Source of the DNA: an uncultured delta proteobacterium
GTDB taxonomy: Bacteria > Myxococcota_A > Polyangia > Polyangiales > Polyangiaceae
Assembly: GCA_963716725.1 (NCBI GenBank)
Contig: CAVQUB010000033.1
Location: 1-64,000 of the forward strand
Direction of reading: 5' to 3'
Length of the DNA: 64,000 nt
Part shown: in pieces, positions 20,577-28,827 of the stretch
Position numbering within the stretch: position 1 is the stretch's first letter
Layout of the letters: every line of letters starts with the position of its first letter
Position numbers and translations under genes: made by a program
Notes under the pieces: model-generated
Told to the model about the DNA's origin: nothing
Database searches by the model: none
Seen by the model: only the letters and a program-made list of their open reading frames with translations

Positions 20577-21761
20577 ATGGAGCTCGAACGCGCGCGGGAA
20601 CACTGCTTTCTGTCTGGGGTGGGGGACGTTGGCGAGCAGCTGTGCGCTGCAAACATGCCCTTCGGCATCGCCAAGATCCAGCACGTGCAGCGGGGGCTGG
20701 GCCTGCCGATGGACGCGAGCTTCATCGGTGCACCCGACGCCACGGTGACGCGCAACCTGGCGCGCTGGGGCCAGGGCTTCGGCTACGGCGGGCGTATCCA
20801 GTGGACCGGCGACTTTTCCGTGCTCGACATCAAGAGCAACCACTGCGGCATGATCGCGCTGGCGCTGCACGATCCGCCGCCGCCCGCCGAGATCGAAGCG
20901 CGCGCGCGCCAGTTGCTGAAGAACCCCCTGGTGGTCGACGACGTCGAGATCGAGTTCGACCTCACCGAGAGCAACCACTTTCTCGACATCTGCGCGGTGC
21001 GCGAGCGCTACAGCGACGACGCGCCCAAGGCCGACACCATCGCCATCATCCACTCGTCGGGCCACGAGCATCGCGAGCGCTCGCCCAAGGGACCGGGCAT
21101 CTACTGGGATGCCAGCGAGCCGTTGCGCCAGATGATGGAGACTCGCGACACGCCCTGGGGCCCCTTGCACGTGCTCACCGGCGACAAGGCTCGGGAGTTC
21201 GATGAGGCCTACGGTTGGTGCCAGGACTTCAGCTTGCGGCGGCGCGAGGCCCTGGCCCGCGCGCTGCTCGGACCCCTCGACGTGATCGTGAACCGCACTC
21301 ACCAGGGCCTTCAGGCGATGAACGACGCCATCTTGGGCTGCTACTGCTTCGACGAAGCCGACCTCGCGGCAGGGCAACTCTTCCCGCTCACGCTCTCGCC
21401 GGATCTGCCGGCGTATCTGGTGAAGCCGGTGCCCAACTTCGACGCCGCGGCCCTGGACGACGCGGGCTTTCGCGAGCGCGCGGAGCGCCACGGGCTCGTC
21501 GAGCGGCTCTCCAAGGCCAACCTGCTCCCGCACGGCGGCGGCTACAGCTACTCGCAGTATCGCAAGGTGACGGGAGTGGTCGCAGAGGACGCTCAGCGCA
21601 GCTTCGAGATCGAGAAGCCCGACGGCCAGCGCGAGCTGGTGAGCGACGTGCGCACGGCGGCCTACGGATACCGTGGCGACGAGGTGCGGCAGCGCATGAT
21701 CGATCTCCGCCTCGGGGAGCCGGTCCTGCGGGCGGAGATTACGTACATTTTGCGGATTTGA
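20577..21761 (+). CDS. Divergent RtcB-superfamily protein (putative RNA ligase)
   Basis: Collinear motifs APD, GFGYGG, DIKSNHCGM, SNHFL, IHSSG, THQ, PHGGG, AYGYR correspond to RtcB PDxH/GxPIG/DIxCG/GNHF/HxGSRG/HN/HGAGR/AYK. Confidence 0.7.
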   Translation: MELERAREHCFLSGVGDVGEQLCAANMPFGIAKIQHVQRGLGLPMDASFIGAPDATVTRNLARWGQGFGYGGRIQWTGDFSVLDIKSNHCGMIALALHDPPPPAEIEARARQLLKNPLVVDDVEIEFDLTESNHFLDICAVRERYSDDAPKADTIAIIHSSGHEHRERSPKGPGIYWDASEPLRQMMETRDTPWGPLHVLTGDKAREFDEAYGWCQDFSLRRREALARALLGPLDVIVNRTHQGLQAMNDAILGCYCFDEADLAAGQLFPLTLSPDLPAYLVKPVPNFDAAALDDAGFRERAERHGLVERLSKANLLPHGGGYSYSQYRKVTGVVAEDAQRSFEIEKPDGQRELVSDVRTAAYGYRGDEVRQRMIDLRLGEPVLRAEITYILRI

Positions 21762-21854
21762 TCCGGGCTCGGGAGTCGCGCGCGAGTTGTGCCAGATCCG
21801 CCGTCGTTGTGATCTGGTCGTCGAGACCTCCGAGCGAGTAGTGTCAACGGCAAG

Positions 21855-22229
21855 ATGAAGTGGTTCGTTGGGGTTGGCTTGTTGGTCTTGGTTGCGCTCG
21901 GATGCAGTTCGTCATCGACGAATCCAGGTGCCGGTGGCAGCGCCGGGTCCAGCGGCAACGCGGGTTCTGGCGGCAGCGCGGGTTCCGGCGCCAGCGAGGC
22001 TTGTGCAAAGACTTGTCTGAACAAGCACTCCGACCAGGTGCTGGCGTTCAACCTGGGAGTGGAAGGCTGCAACGTGAGTTGCTGCGCCGACTGTTCGTGT
22101 GGCGACGCCACGACGCCCGACAGCAAGTGCTTGAGCTGTATCAAGGGCAACACTTGTTTGAGCAAGGCGTGTCTGGTGGACGGCTGCGGCGATCTCACCG
22201 CCTGCTTGACCGGCTGCGGCGCGTTCTGA
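21855..22229 (+). CDS. Small Cys-rich lipoprotein
   Basis: Lipobox ALGC, Gly/Ser linker, many Cys. Confidence 0.75.
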   Translation: MKWFVGVGLLVLVALGCSSSSTNPGAGGSAGSSGNAGSGGSAGSGASEACAKTCLNKHSDQVLAFNLGVEGCNVSCCADCSCGDATTPDSKCLSCIKGNTCLSKACLVDGCGDLTACLTGCGAF

Positions 22230-22359
22230 GCAGCCCGTCCGCCGCCGTGACGACGCGTTCACGGCGAGCGACCGCGCGGCACTCCCGCTGCGGGAAGATG
22301 TCCCGACCACCCCGCGTAGGAGGGCGCAGTTTCGGACTCTGATGGAGGAATGTCGGTTC

Positions 22360-22986
22360 ATGAACGCAAAGATGCTCGTGGTTTTCGGCCTCGCGACGGC
22401 CCTCATCGGTTCGGGATGTGGCAAGAAGGTCTCGGCAGGCGGCCCCGATGCGGCGCCGAGCGCGAGCGCCCCGGGCGCCGCGCCGCCCAGCGCTGCCGCT
22501 CAGCCGCAGGTCGCTGCCGGAGGAGACAAGTGCTCAGCCCTCGGCTGCACGGGTGAAGGCACCTTCTTCGAGATGTGCGACTGCAAGACGAAACCCCAGC
22601 CGGTGCCCTTCGCCGCGAAGTACAGCGGCAAGTACAGCTCGTTCTTCAAGCAGCCCGAGTGGCAGATCACCAACACCACGGACAAGGATCTCCACTGGGG
22701 GAGCGCCGCGGTCTACTACTACGACAAAGCGGGCAAGCAACTCGAAGCCAAGATCAACGACAAGCCCTACACGGCGTCGCGAGTCAACGGTAGCAACCTG
22801 ACCCTCAAACCCAACGAGACGAAGACCATCCACATCGGCTTCAAGCAAGACAGCGAGCCAAAAGGGGTCGCCAGTATGGAGATCGTCTTCGACGGCTGGT
22901 GCTACGGCAAGTACGACGACAAGAGCACGCACCAATGCATGAGGATCGAACGCGCGCCCGACCAGCGAGCACGCTCGGGAAGCTGA
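22360..22986 (+). CDS. Hypothetical lipoprotein (Ig-like/FxLYD-like beta domain)
   Basis: SD GGAGG; lipobox GSGC; ITNTTDKD...VYYYDKAGKQL...LKPNETK pattern. Confidence 0.75.
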   Translation: MNAKMLVVFGLATALIGSGCGKKVSAGGPDAAPSASAPGAAPPSAAAQPQVAAGGDKCSALGCTGEGTFFEMCDCKTKPQPVPFAAKYSGKYSSFFKQPEWQITNTTDKDLHWGSAAVYYYDKAGKQLEAKINDKPYTASRVNGSNLTLKPNETKTIHIGFKQDSEPKGVASMEIVFDGWCYGKYDDKSTHQCMRIERAPDQRARSGS

Positions 22987-23016
22987 TCCATGGTCGACCC
23001 CGCCGCTCGAGGGCCG

Positions 23017-23916
23017 TCATCGACTCGCGCGAGTCGGGCTGAGTTGACCGCTGGCACCGTGGGTGACCGCTCGATCGTCCTCCGCCGCATCCCTCGCATC
23101 CGGCGAGGCTTCCGCCGGCGCGACTCGCACCCGCGGCGATGACTCGATCCGGAAGCGGCGCTGCCGAAGCAGTCGCCTGAGCGCGCGCCGATCGCTGCGA
23201 GTCAGGAAGGCCCGGCGCTGCTTGGTGAGGAGCATGGCTGTCGGCTGCGAGGTGCGCAGCGCACACAGCGCGAGCACCAAGGGCGGCAGCTCAGGCCCGA
23301 TGGCGCCGACCACGACCGCGTGATGCATGGGATCGCGGCTGCCGAGCAGCGCCCAGGCCGCGCCGGCCCGCGCCTCGGCCGAGCGTGAGGGGCCGCGAAA
23401 CACGCCGAGCACCTGCTCCCAATCCAGAGGTTGCCCGCGGTAGGGCCCGGCGCTGGCGGCCGCGATCCGAGCGTCGATGCTCGCCAGCCACTCATGCAAA
23501 CCCCTGCCGTCGCGCTCGAACCCCGTCGCGCTCGCATCATGCTGCGCCATGGCCGCGTCCACGCTGCTGAACGCTTCTACCAGGCGGGCGGTTTCGAGCT
23601 CGAAGTGACGGCACAGCACCTTGCCGCGTTGGTCTCGCGCCACCAGCTCTTGCCCTTCAATCTCGAGGCGCTCGATCTGCGGGTAGGGCACGTAGCGGCG
23701 CAGGAGCCCGCCGAAGCGTGTGGTCATCAGGCCTGCTTCGTCGATGGCCAGGGAGTGACGCCGAGCCGCGAAGGCGAGCCCGAAGAGCACGGTGAAAAAC
23801 AACCCGAAGGCTCCCGCCCAGGGGTAGACGAAGAACAGCGCAGCGCTGAGGATGAGCCCCGACTTCAGCGGGCGTGGCCGATACTCCTCGGGTTCCTGCA
23901 ACGAATAGGCGCCCAC
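23017..23916 (-). CDS. Hypothetical membrane protein; paralogue of 46759..47586
   Basis: Two N-terminal TM segments; shares RYVPY, ELVARD-RG-VLCR, TGFER, AAW-LLGS-DP and LPPLVLA-CALR with the paralogue. Confidence 0.75.
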   Translation of the reverse strand: MGAYSLQEPEEYRPRPLKSGLILSAALFFVYPWAGAFGLFFTVLFGLAFAARRHSLAIDEAGLMTTRFGGLLRRYVPYPQIERLEIEGQELVARDQRGKVLCRHFELETARLVEAFSSVDAAMAQHDASATGFERDGRGLHEWLASIDARIAAASAGPYRGQPLDWEQVLGVFRGPSRSAEARAGAAWALLGSRDPMHHAVVVGAIGPELPPLVLALCALRTSQPTAMLLTKQRRAFLTRSDRRALRRLLRQRRFRIESSPRVRVAPAEASPDARDAAEDDRAVTHGASGQLSPTRASR

Positions 23917-25293
23917 TCAGTGCCTCGCCGCGCCGTAGGCTCGCGCTGCCAGGCCTTCGCTGCCCGCGTGAACGCCGATGTGCACGACCTCCTTCGCGCC
24001 CTCTGCCGCAGCTTGGCCGAGCACGGGCGCGACGCGCGCGGCGGTGGCCTTGCCGGCCGCGTCCACGGCGTGGTGCACCCCAGGTACCGAACCGACCGCG
24101 TACCCGACTCCCGCCAGCGCCACGCTCAGAGCCGCGTGCGTAGCTGCACCGTCGAAGTCCTTGTTCAGCGCGCCGATGGCCTTGGCCTGATCGGCGAGGG
24201 TGGCCGCGTGCTGCTTCACCTCGGCGCCCAGGGTTTCGAGCTGCTTGGCCGTCTCGGCGACGCCCGCGTGATCTCCGCTGCGGATAGCCCCCACCTGCCG
24301 AGCGTACACGGTCTCGAATCGGTCGGAGGCCTGGAGCAGTTTCACCGCGGTCTGATTGGCTGCGCGGATCTTGCCGCTGAGTTCCCCGGACATGAAGGCA
24401 CCGGCCCGATCGGCTTCGTGCAGCGCCTTCTTCAGGGGGGCTGCGCTGCGGGTGACCGCCGCTTCGCCGGCCGCGACGATGCCTGCGCCGAGGGTGCCTG
24501 TGGCGGCGCCGGCCCCGACGAGAGTTTCGGTGATCCGACCGAGCTCGCCCATCGCGTGCACCGTACGGTGGACCTGTCCGACGAGCTTGCGCACGGCGCT
24601 TGCGTTGGCCTTTGCATTGGCGAGCGCCCGCGCGGTGAGCTCGGTCGTGGACCCGGGCTGCCGGGCCCGGGCCTCGGCGGCCGCGATCTGCACGTTGTCC
24701 TTCTTCTGCAACGCCACGGCACTCTCGAAGCGTTCGCCGGCTCGGACTCGACCGAGGATGTCACCGCGCCCGTCCTTGTCGAAAGCTGCAAGCGCCGCGA
24801 TGCTGCGCTCACACGCTCCGTAGCGGCCAGCGCCCTGCGCTCCGCTCTGTCGCACTGCCGCGGTGACCAGCTCGCGAGTGTCCGCATCGAGGCCCCGGAG
24901 TCGAACACCAATCAGCGCGTCCGCGTGTTCTGGGTGGCGGGCCAGCGTCTCTTGCACGAAGGCGAAGCGCGCCTCCTGCTTGATCTGGTCCGGGGACTTG
25001 TTCGAGTTGGCGTAACGCGCGGCGAACGCGTCGGCGTCTTGCCCCGAAGCACGGGCCAACTCCCCGACGGCGGAGCGCGCGGCTTCGACCCGCGCTCGAC
25101 CCGTGTCGGCCGCGGCGAAGGCGGCCAGCTTGCTGCCCCGGCCTTTGCCGGCCGCGTCCACCAGGGTTTGGGTTCCCTTCGGCGGAAGGGGGGAGGTCTT
25201 GGTCTTGGTGGCGCCCCCGGCGGCGGCCTTCGTCTCGTCGGGCTCAATCGGTCGAGGCGTGATCGCGCGAGCCTCGGTACGGGGGATGCTCAT
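23917..25293 (-). CDS. Hypothetical Ala-rich helical protein
   Basis: Long ORF with coding-like codon usage; no signal peptide; two hydrophobic Gly/Ala stretches; stop abuts the next gene start. Confidence 0.7.
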   Translation of the reverse strand: MSIPRTEARAITPRPIEPDETKAAAGGATKTKTSPLPPKGTQTLVDAAGKGRGSKLAAFAAADTGRARVEAARSAVGELARASGQDADAFAARYANSNKSPDQIKQEARFAFVQETLARHPEHADALIGVRLRGLDADTRELVTAAVRQSGAQGAGRYGACERSIAALAAFDKDGRGDILGRVRAGERFESAVALQKKDNVQIAAAEARARQPGSTTELTARALANAKANASAVRKLVGQVHRTVHAMGELGRITETLVGAGAATGTLGAGIVAAGEAAVTRSAAPLKKALHEADRAGAFMSGELSGKIRAANQTAVKLLQASDRFETVYARQVGAIRSGDHAGVAETAKQLETLGAEVKQHAATLADQAKAIGALNKDFDGAATHAALSVALAGVGYAVGSVPGVHHAVDAAGKATAARVAPVLGQAAAEGAKEVVHIGVHAGSEGLAARAYGAARH

Positions 25294-25587
25294 GCCGCCG
25301 CCATCGGCCGTCAGGCCCGGCCGGTTGCTAGAAAACCCCCGTTCGGCGCGCGACCCTTCAGAGCCTGTGAAAGAATCCCCGCCGCCCACGAAGGAAGGAG
25401 CACCGGCAGCGCTTCGGGGTCGCCGGCATGGGGGCGAGGCGCGCGAGAGACGCTGGGTCGGGTCTGTGCGGAGCCGCGAGCAGCAGTGTCGCGGACTGGG
25501 CGCGAGCGCTTCCGACCTGGACGCCTTCCCGCCCGGAACTCTACCGCGCTCGAAGGCGAAACGGTCCTGCCAAGCGTCAGTTCCGGA

Positions 25588-25833
25588 CCCACTGCGCTGC
25601 CGCTGACAAGGACCTGAGGGGGCGTCCCGTGCACGACCCTTGGAAGTCCCTGGCGAGGGACGACCCTTGGAAGTCCCTGGCGAGGGACGACCCTTGGAAG
25701 TCCCTGGCGAGGGACGACCCTTGGAAGTCCCTGGCGAGGGACGACCCTTGGAAGTCCCTGGCGAGGGACGCCCCTTGGAGGGGGGCGTGCAAGCACCGTC
25801 CCACGCTCGGCGTCACGAGGGAAAGAGCACCGC
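25588..25833. repeat. Left arm of long imperfect inverted repeat flanking the HNH gene (contains hairpin and tandem array)
   Basis: cccactgcgctgccgctg...tcccgtgcac...gtgcaagcaccgtc...agggaaagagcaccgc aligns with the reverse complement of 27301-27397. Confidence 0.85.
25633..25778. repeat. 27-bp tandem repeat, 5 perfect copies plus a partial copy (acgacccttggaagtccctggcgaggg)
   Basis: Copies start at 25633, 25660, 25687, 25714 and 25741; no spacers. Confidence 0.97.
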
Positions 25834-26022
25834 ATCCCCATTTCTTTCTTGACGCGTTTCCAGGCGACTCGGGCTCGCACTTCGCCGGGCATGTCACCGA
25901 AGGCGTCTCTGTTGCGCGACGAAGCTCGCCCATCGTGTTTCGCTCGAGCGACGACGCGCGACGCGTTTGGACGCGTGAAACGCGCTCACCGTGTCGGCCG
26001 CGAGGCCAAAAAACAGCGTGTT

Positions 26023-27318
26023 ATGCCAGAAAGCATGCACGCTCTCTCTTCGGTCTCCGATCGCGAGCTTCGCGAGCGCCTCTCCTCCGCCGTGAGCGCC
26101 GAGCAGCTGGCTTCTGCCGACGTCATCTTCCACCTGGCGGAGCTCGACCGCCGAAAGCTCTACCTCGAGGACGCCTGCTCCTCACTCTTCGCGTACTGCG
26201 TGGAGCGGCTCGGCTACTCCGAGGACGGCGCGAGCAAGCGAGTCCGTGTCGCCCGCTTGGTTCTGCGTTTTCCCCAGGCCCTCGACGAGCTCGCGAGCGG
26301 CGCCATCCACCTGACCGGACTGTTCCTGCTCTCCGGGCACCTCACGGAAGACAACGCCAATCGACTCATCGCCGAGGCTCGCGGCAAGTCGAAGCGGCAG
26401 CTCGAGGAGCTGCTCGCTCGGTGGGCGCCCCGGTCCGACGTACCGGCGACCATCACCCCGAGCGGGCCCGAGCCAGCTCGAGCGGAGTTATCAACAATGT
26501 CCGGGACAGGTGGCTCCGAGCTGTCGGCGCCGCCGCCATCGGCGCACCGTCCTCGTGTCGAGCCGCTCTCGGCCACGAGCTTCCGCGTGGAATTCACCGC
26601 CAGTGCCACGCTCCGCGACAAGCTCGAACACGCCCGGAACCTCCTCAGCCACGCCGTGCCGAGCGGGGATCTCGCGACCCTGATCGAGCGAGCCATCGAT
26701 CAGCTCATCGCCGTGGAGACGAAGCGCCGCGCGGGCGCGGGCCAGCCACGCAAGCGCCGTGAAACTCGCGCCGGCTCGCGCCACGTGCCGGTGGAGGTCC
26801 AGCGCGCGGTGCGGGAGCGGGATGGCAACCAGTGCACCTTCGTCGATGCCGAGGGACGCCGCTGCTCCGAGAATAGACCGTCCGGCCGGGCCGGAGGAGC
26901 GCCGTCCGCTGATGCGAACAGTCGCAAGGAGCCATCTCGAGTCAGGACGCTGAACACGAGTGGTTTCCTGACCATCGAGCACGTCGACCCGTACGCGATG
27001 GGAGGACCAACGACAGTGGATAACTGCTGCCTGCTTTGTTCGGCTCACAACGCCCACCGGGCGCGACAGGTCTACGGCGAGCAGCACGTCCGGAAGAAGG
27101 TCTCGGAGGCTCGCGCGGGCCGGGAAGCGAGCGGTGTGTCTGCGGGGACTGCGGCCGAGCTGAAGAGCGAAGTGTTCGAGAAGGTGCTGGCGGCTCTGCT
27201 TCACTCGGGGTTCAAGCGGCACGAGGCGCGGCGAGCCCTCGAACAGGTGCGCTCGCTCGGAGTCGAGCCGCAGCTCGAGCCCGTGCTGCGCGGAGCGCTG
27301 GCGGTACTCACTCCCTGA
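26023..27318 (+). CDS. HNH endonuclease with DUF222-like N-terminus and RuvA C-terminal-like tail
   Basis: N-terminal SDRELRERL...HLAELDRRKLY...SSLFAYCVERLGYSE; RDGNQC...RC...EHVDPYAMGGPTTVDNCCLLCSAHN; C-terminal VLAALLHSGFKRHEARRAL...EPVLRGALAVL; alternative start 26035. Confidence 0.88.
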   Translation: MPESMHALSSVSDRELRERLSSAVSAEQLASADVIFHLAELDRRKLYLEDACSSLFAYCVERLGYSEDGASKRVRVARLVLRFPQALDELASGAIHLTGLFLLSGHLTEDNANRLIAEARGKSKRQLEELLARWAPRSDVPATITPSGPEPARAELSTMSGTGGSELSAPPPSAHRPRVEPLSATSFRVEFTASATLRDKLEHARNLLSHAVPSGDLATLIERAIDQLIAVETKRRAGAGQPRKRRETRAGSRHVPVEVQRAVRERDGNQCTFVDAEGRRCSENRPSGRAGGAPSADANSRKEPSRVRTLNTSGFLTIEHVDPYAMGGPTTVDNCCLLCSAHNAHRARQVYGEQHVRKKVSEARAGREASGVSAGTAAELKSEVFEKVLAALLHSGFKRHEARRALEQVRSLGVEPQLEPVLRGALAVLTP

Positions 27319-27397
27319 GACGGTTCGTGCACACCCCCGACAAAGGGGGGGGTGCACGGGATGCCGCCTTTGGTCCCGGCAGCGGCAGCGCCGTGGG
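27301..27397. repeat. Right arm of inverted repeat with strong hairpin
   Basis: Overlaps the last HNH codons; hairpin cgtgcac-a-ccccc-gacaaag-ggggg-g-gtgcacg at 27326-27358. Confidence 0.85.
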
Positions 27398-27427
27398 CAC
27401 GAATGCCGACGGATAGAAGTGTTCGTG

Positions 27428-28693
27428 ATGAGCTCTTCACACTCAGATCCGAAACGCGGCGCCCGACTTCGACAGGCCCATCGTGAGCAACTCGGCTGGG
27501 GGCGCATCGATCTGGACGCGCAGGTACCTCACGACCACCCCGTGCGTGCCATCGCCGCGGTGATCGACCGCCTGGACCTCTCGAAGCTCTACGCTCGCAT
27601 CGATGCACGCGACTCGAACCCCGGAGCGCCGGCCATCGACCCCAAGCTCTTGCTCAGCCTGTGGGTGTACGCCACCAGCGACGGCGAGAACAGCGCTCGG
27701 GAGATCCAGCGCCTGACCGAGCTGCACGCCGCCTATCGGTGGCTGTGCGGCGGGGTGAGGCTCAACCACCACACGCTCAGCGACTTTCGCAGCCACAACG
27801 CCGAGGTGTTCGACGACCTGATCACGCAGGTGCTGGCCTTGCTCATGAGCCACGACCTGGTGGACCTCATCCGTGTCGCGCAGGACGGCACGCGCGTACG
27901 GGCCAGCGCCGGAGCGTGTTCTTTTCGCAAGGGCACCACGCTGGAGGCTCTGCGCCAGGAAGCTCGTGCACATCTGGCCGCGGTCACGGCAGACACCGAG
28001 AGCGGCTCGCGGCGAGCCGCGGCGCAGAAGCGTGCGGCCCAGGATCGCCTGGACCGGCTCGACGCGGCGCTCGCGCAGTTGCCCGGGGTCACGAAGACCA
28101 AGAGCAAGAGCGGCGCCAAGGACCCGACCCCTCGAGTGTCGACGACCAATCCGCAGGCACGGGTGATGAAGATGGGCGACGGAGGATTCCGGCCCGCCTA
28201 CAACGTGCAGCTCGCCACGACCGCCGACGACGCGCGGGTCATCGTCGGTGTCGCCGTCACCCACCGCGGCAGCGACATGGGCGAATCGACTCCGATGCTC
28301 GAGCAGATCGAGAAGCGGACGGGCGTCCGGCCACTAGAGCTCCTCGTCGATGGGGGATACGCGAAGCATGAAGCCATCGACGAAGCGGCCGCGCGCAACG
28401 TCACCGTCTACGCTCCGCTGCCCAAGCCCCGCGACGACGACGGCTCTGACCCTCACCGGCCGAGGGATACCGACAGCGCAGCCGTTGCCGCCTGGAGACA
28501 GCGCATGGCCACCGACAAGGCCAAGCAAATCTACCGGCAACGGGCCGCGACCGCCGAGACCGTCCACGCGGACGCCAAAACGCACCGCGGGCTCGACTCG
28601 CTGACCCTGCGGGGACGGGGCAAGGCACTGGCCAGCGTGACGCTCTTCGCGCTCACCTACGACATCCTGCGCGCCATCACACTCGGCGTCTGA
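27428..28693 (+). CDS. IS1182-family transposase
   Basis: VPHDHPVRAI, GAPAIDPKLLLSLWVYA, AYRWLCGG, HHTLSDFR (DUF772); DDE motifs AQDGTRVRASA / LVDGGY / RAATAETV. Confidence 0.93.
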   Translation: MSSSHSDPKRGARLRQAHREQLGWGRIDLDAQVPHDHPVRAIAAVIDRLDLSKLYARIDARDSNPGAPAIDPKLLLSLWVYATSDGENSAREIQRLTELHAAYRWLCGGVRLNHHTLSDFRSHNAEVFDDLITQVLALLMSHDLVDLIRVAQDGTRVRASAGACSFRKGTTLEALRQEARAHLAAVTADTESGSRRAAAQKRAAQDRLDRLDAALAQLPGVTKTKSKSGAKDPTPRVSTTNPQARVMKMGDGGFRPAYNVQLATTADDARVIVGVAVTHRGSDMGESTPMLEQIEKRTGVRPLELLVDGGYAKHEAIDEAAARNVTVYAPLPKPRDDDGSDPHRPRDTDSAAVAAWRQRMATDKAKQIYRQRAATAETVHADAKTHRGLDSLTLRGRGKALASVTLFALTYDILRAITLGV

Positions 28694-28827
28694 CCCCGCC
28701 ACCGCTCTGCTTCCGCGCTCGGACCACCCGAATCGCGTCGCGCCCCACGCGCTCCCGCCCTGCGCCTGGGACTCGCCCTCGCTCGATTTCCCGGCGGCGC
28801 ACGCTCAACCGATTTCTTCTCACCCTC

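Larger units (their letters stand above)
25361..28827 (+). mobile_element. Candidate IS1182-family element carrying an HNH cassette
   Basis: Left end agagcctgtgaaagaatc (25360-25377) vs reverse complement of right end agagggtgagaagaaatc (28811-28828), 13/18 identical ungapped; TCA at 25358-25360 and 28828-28830; transposase at the right end. Confidence 0.55.

Noticed and set aside
25633..25778. 27-bp repeat array as a CRISPR array
   Set aside because: Units are directly abutting with no unique spacers, and no cas genes are in the window
25849..26022. N-terminal extension of the HNH ORF given in the ORF track
   Set aside because: Family-like sequence begins at MPES/MHALSSVSD; the upstream part looks non-coding
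26872..26958. Insertion in HNH as a group II intron or intein
   Set aside because: Too short; lacks a GUGYG start, a domain V motif, and intein C1/HN-C/S/T termini
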